Shown here in pieces: positions 48,699 to 50,556 of a stretch of 50,556 nt of DNA. The position numbers and the translations under genes are program-made. The stretch comes from Octopus bimaculoides (Eukaryota), in assembly GCF_001194135.2 (NCBI RefSeq), contig NC_068987.1, positions 61,513,871 to 61,564,426 of the forward strand, in the 5' to 3' direction. Every line of letters begins with the position of its first letter. Positions within the stretch are counted from its first letter, which is position 1. Under the pieces are notes generated by a model. The model was not told the DNA's origin, searched no databases, and saw only the letters and a program-made list of their open reading frames with translations.

Positions 48699-50556
48699 CT
48701 TTATAGGAAAGTGGGTTATACATCATTAGATGTACACCTGACTTTCCTATATTAAATTAGAAATTAACGGCAACGCTGAACTCCAGACTATCAACACAAA
48801 CAATATTTATTCATGGTGGAAATATACATCTTTAATCTTGTTTGTTGAGATGTCTTCGGTGCGTGAGAACATGGTTGTTGGGACGTTGGTATATTGATGT
48901 GAGCTGTCTAGCGTGAGTTCGAAAGATGGAGAGACAACTAGACACGTCCTTGCTCAATCGCTGGCCAGCAAGAAAGAGATCGATCAAAGCGGGAAAGCTT
49001 GGTTGTTGAATTCCACGCATGCGTGAGACTACGCATGTGCACGGCGTTACTACACATTCATACAAAAGCATGAAGTGAAAACTATTGCAAGAGAACAGCA
49101 TGTGGTGTTAATGCATGATGGATAGTCTGTAAACGGCTGGAGAGAAGGGAACATCATGAAAGATGCGTGCACGTGGAATAGTCGTCTGCAAGTGGGTCTG
49201 CAGAGGAGGAATGCAGTATTAGCTTTGAGCATAACTGTGTTGTTGTAAGGTTATAAGCGTGCTAACATGAGAACGAATGAAGTTTGCCGGGAGGAATTTT
49301 TTTTTTTAACAGAACGAAATGAAATATAACATATTGGATTAATGATTCTTGGAGGAAACAAAATAGGAACATGCAAAGAAAGAATTCTTGAGTGCCTATA
49401 AAGTGAGTGTCCGGGTGGAATTTGACGAAAAATGTTGGTTCCGAAGTTCTGGACGCGAGATGAAAATAACGTGTGCGCAGTCACATTTCTGTTCATTGTA
49501 ACCTTCCATAGTCTCTACTATGTGATCATATGTGCGAACAGTTGTTAGGATGCATTTCATTGATGTGTGAAGCGTGTTGGAAACAGAGCTCTCATCGGCT
49601 GCAAGCCGGGCCGCGAAGTTCAACAGCCGGATTTTCATGTCAATTGTCATTTCTGGTGGTCTTGTTACCATTTTGTGGTTCATAGTTGAACATTGTCATA
49701 CATACATACATACATATATTTCCAGAAGTTTATCCATTATACATAAGCATGTCGAGATATGCAACTATATATGCATGAGAATGCATACATAAAACACACA
49801 AATCTGCACATACATACACACATACAGACAGACAAACAGATACACAAACAAACAAAAATACCCTGTTGTTGATGTTGAAATTCCAGTGAAGGAGCCTTGG
49901 ATCTACGTTAGAAACTGGTTCTTTCTCTATTGGCAAGAAATATTGAAATAAACTGAATAATGACATACACATACATACATGCATGGATGCGTACATACAT
50001 ACATACATACAAATGTATATACGTACATACATGCATATATACTTACGTACGTACGTACGAGCATTCATCCTTATTTAAATGCATGCATATACATACATGA
50101 ATATGTTGTTGGTATTTCAATGGGGGAACTAGAAATCGGCTCTTTCCATTGGTGAAGAATTCCCAAAATAAAACTAAGCGAACGTACATATCTTTGCAAC
50201 ATTGTGATGAAAATGTGTATCTGTGTGCCAAATTATGGATTGTGTTGGCATCTTTAGGATGCAATTTCTGTGTGTAACAGCAGCATTTTTCCTGACGTGG
50301 GCCTTACTTGCGCTTTATAGAGGGTCTGCAGTATCTTCTGACCTTTTACAAGTGTTTGGGATGTGTTGAATGTGAGAATTCCGGGGTTTTTATGGGACCT
50401 AGAATCTGTGTCTGATGAATTTAATTGTGTGTCCTTGTACTGTTAGGAGAAACAAAACTGGGTAATCTTCAAGTTTAGGGGGATAAAAAAATAAATAAAA
50501 ATATTCAAGGGAAATAACTGAACGACTTACCAGGGATCTTGTTCAAAACGGGGGCA

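Larger units (their letters stand above)
46899..49263 (-). mobile_element. Non-autonomous LTR retroelement (TRIM/LARD-like), about 2.4 kb, LTRs about 560 bp
   Basis: Direct repeats 46899-47141 (runs into a gap) and 48701-48942 differ by 3 substitutions and 1 indel. TSD aacat at 46894-46898 and 49264-49268; tRNA-Trp PBS next to the 5' LTR; AATAAA in the LTR (48806-48811); no gag/pol ORF visible. Confidence 0.85.

Overview
AT-rich, repeat-dense eukaryotic draft-assembly sequence with 8 N-gaps. The SINE families look like those of coleoid cephalopods, most likely Octopus (recognised by eye, not by database search). One protein-coding gene is well supported: a minus-strand R3HDM4 orthologue in 7 phase-compatible GT-AG exons (44134-44070, 25357-25185, 24251-24133, 20922-20835, 17482-17397, 16122-15981, 12959-12856). 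They total 777 nt (258 aa plus stop), and an NRF1-type promoter motif lies just upstream. The ORF track mostly misses these exons. The rest is tRNA-derived SINEs (families labelled A-E here), Tc1/mariner, hAT and piggyBac-type MITEs, microsatellites and nested insertions. The most interesting parts lie at 39.7-49.3 kb: (i) a tandem pair of minimal hammerhead-ribozyme-like motifs with a self-complementary stem III and a variant core (45458-45611, minus strand); (ii) a young non-coding LTR element (46899-49263) with a 32-nt tRNA-Trp primer-binding site and three extra tandem LTR-end/PBS junctions; (iii) a solo-LTR-like element in intron 1 that shares a structure-conserved hairpin and a second block with that element, in swapped order. 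Repeat boundaries are read by eye and approximate to about 10-20 bp unless a TSD is given.
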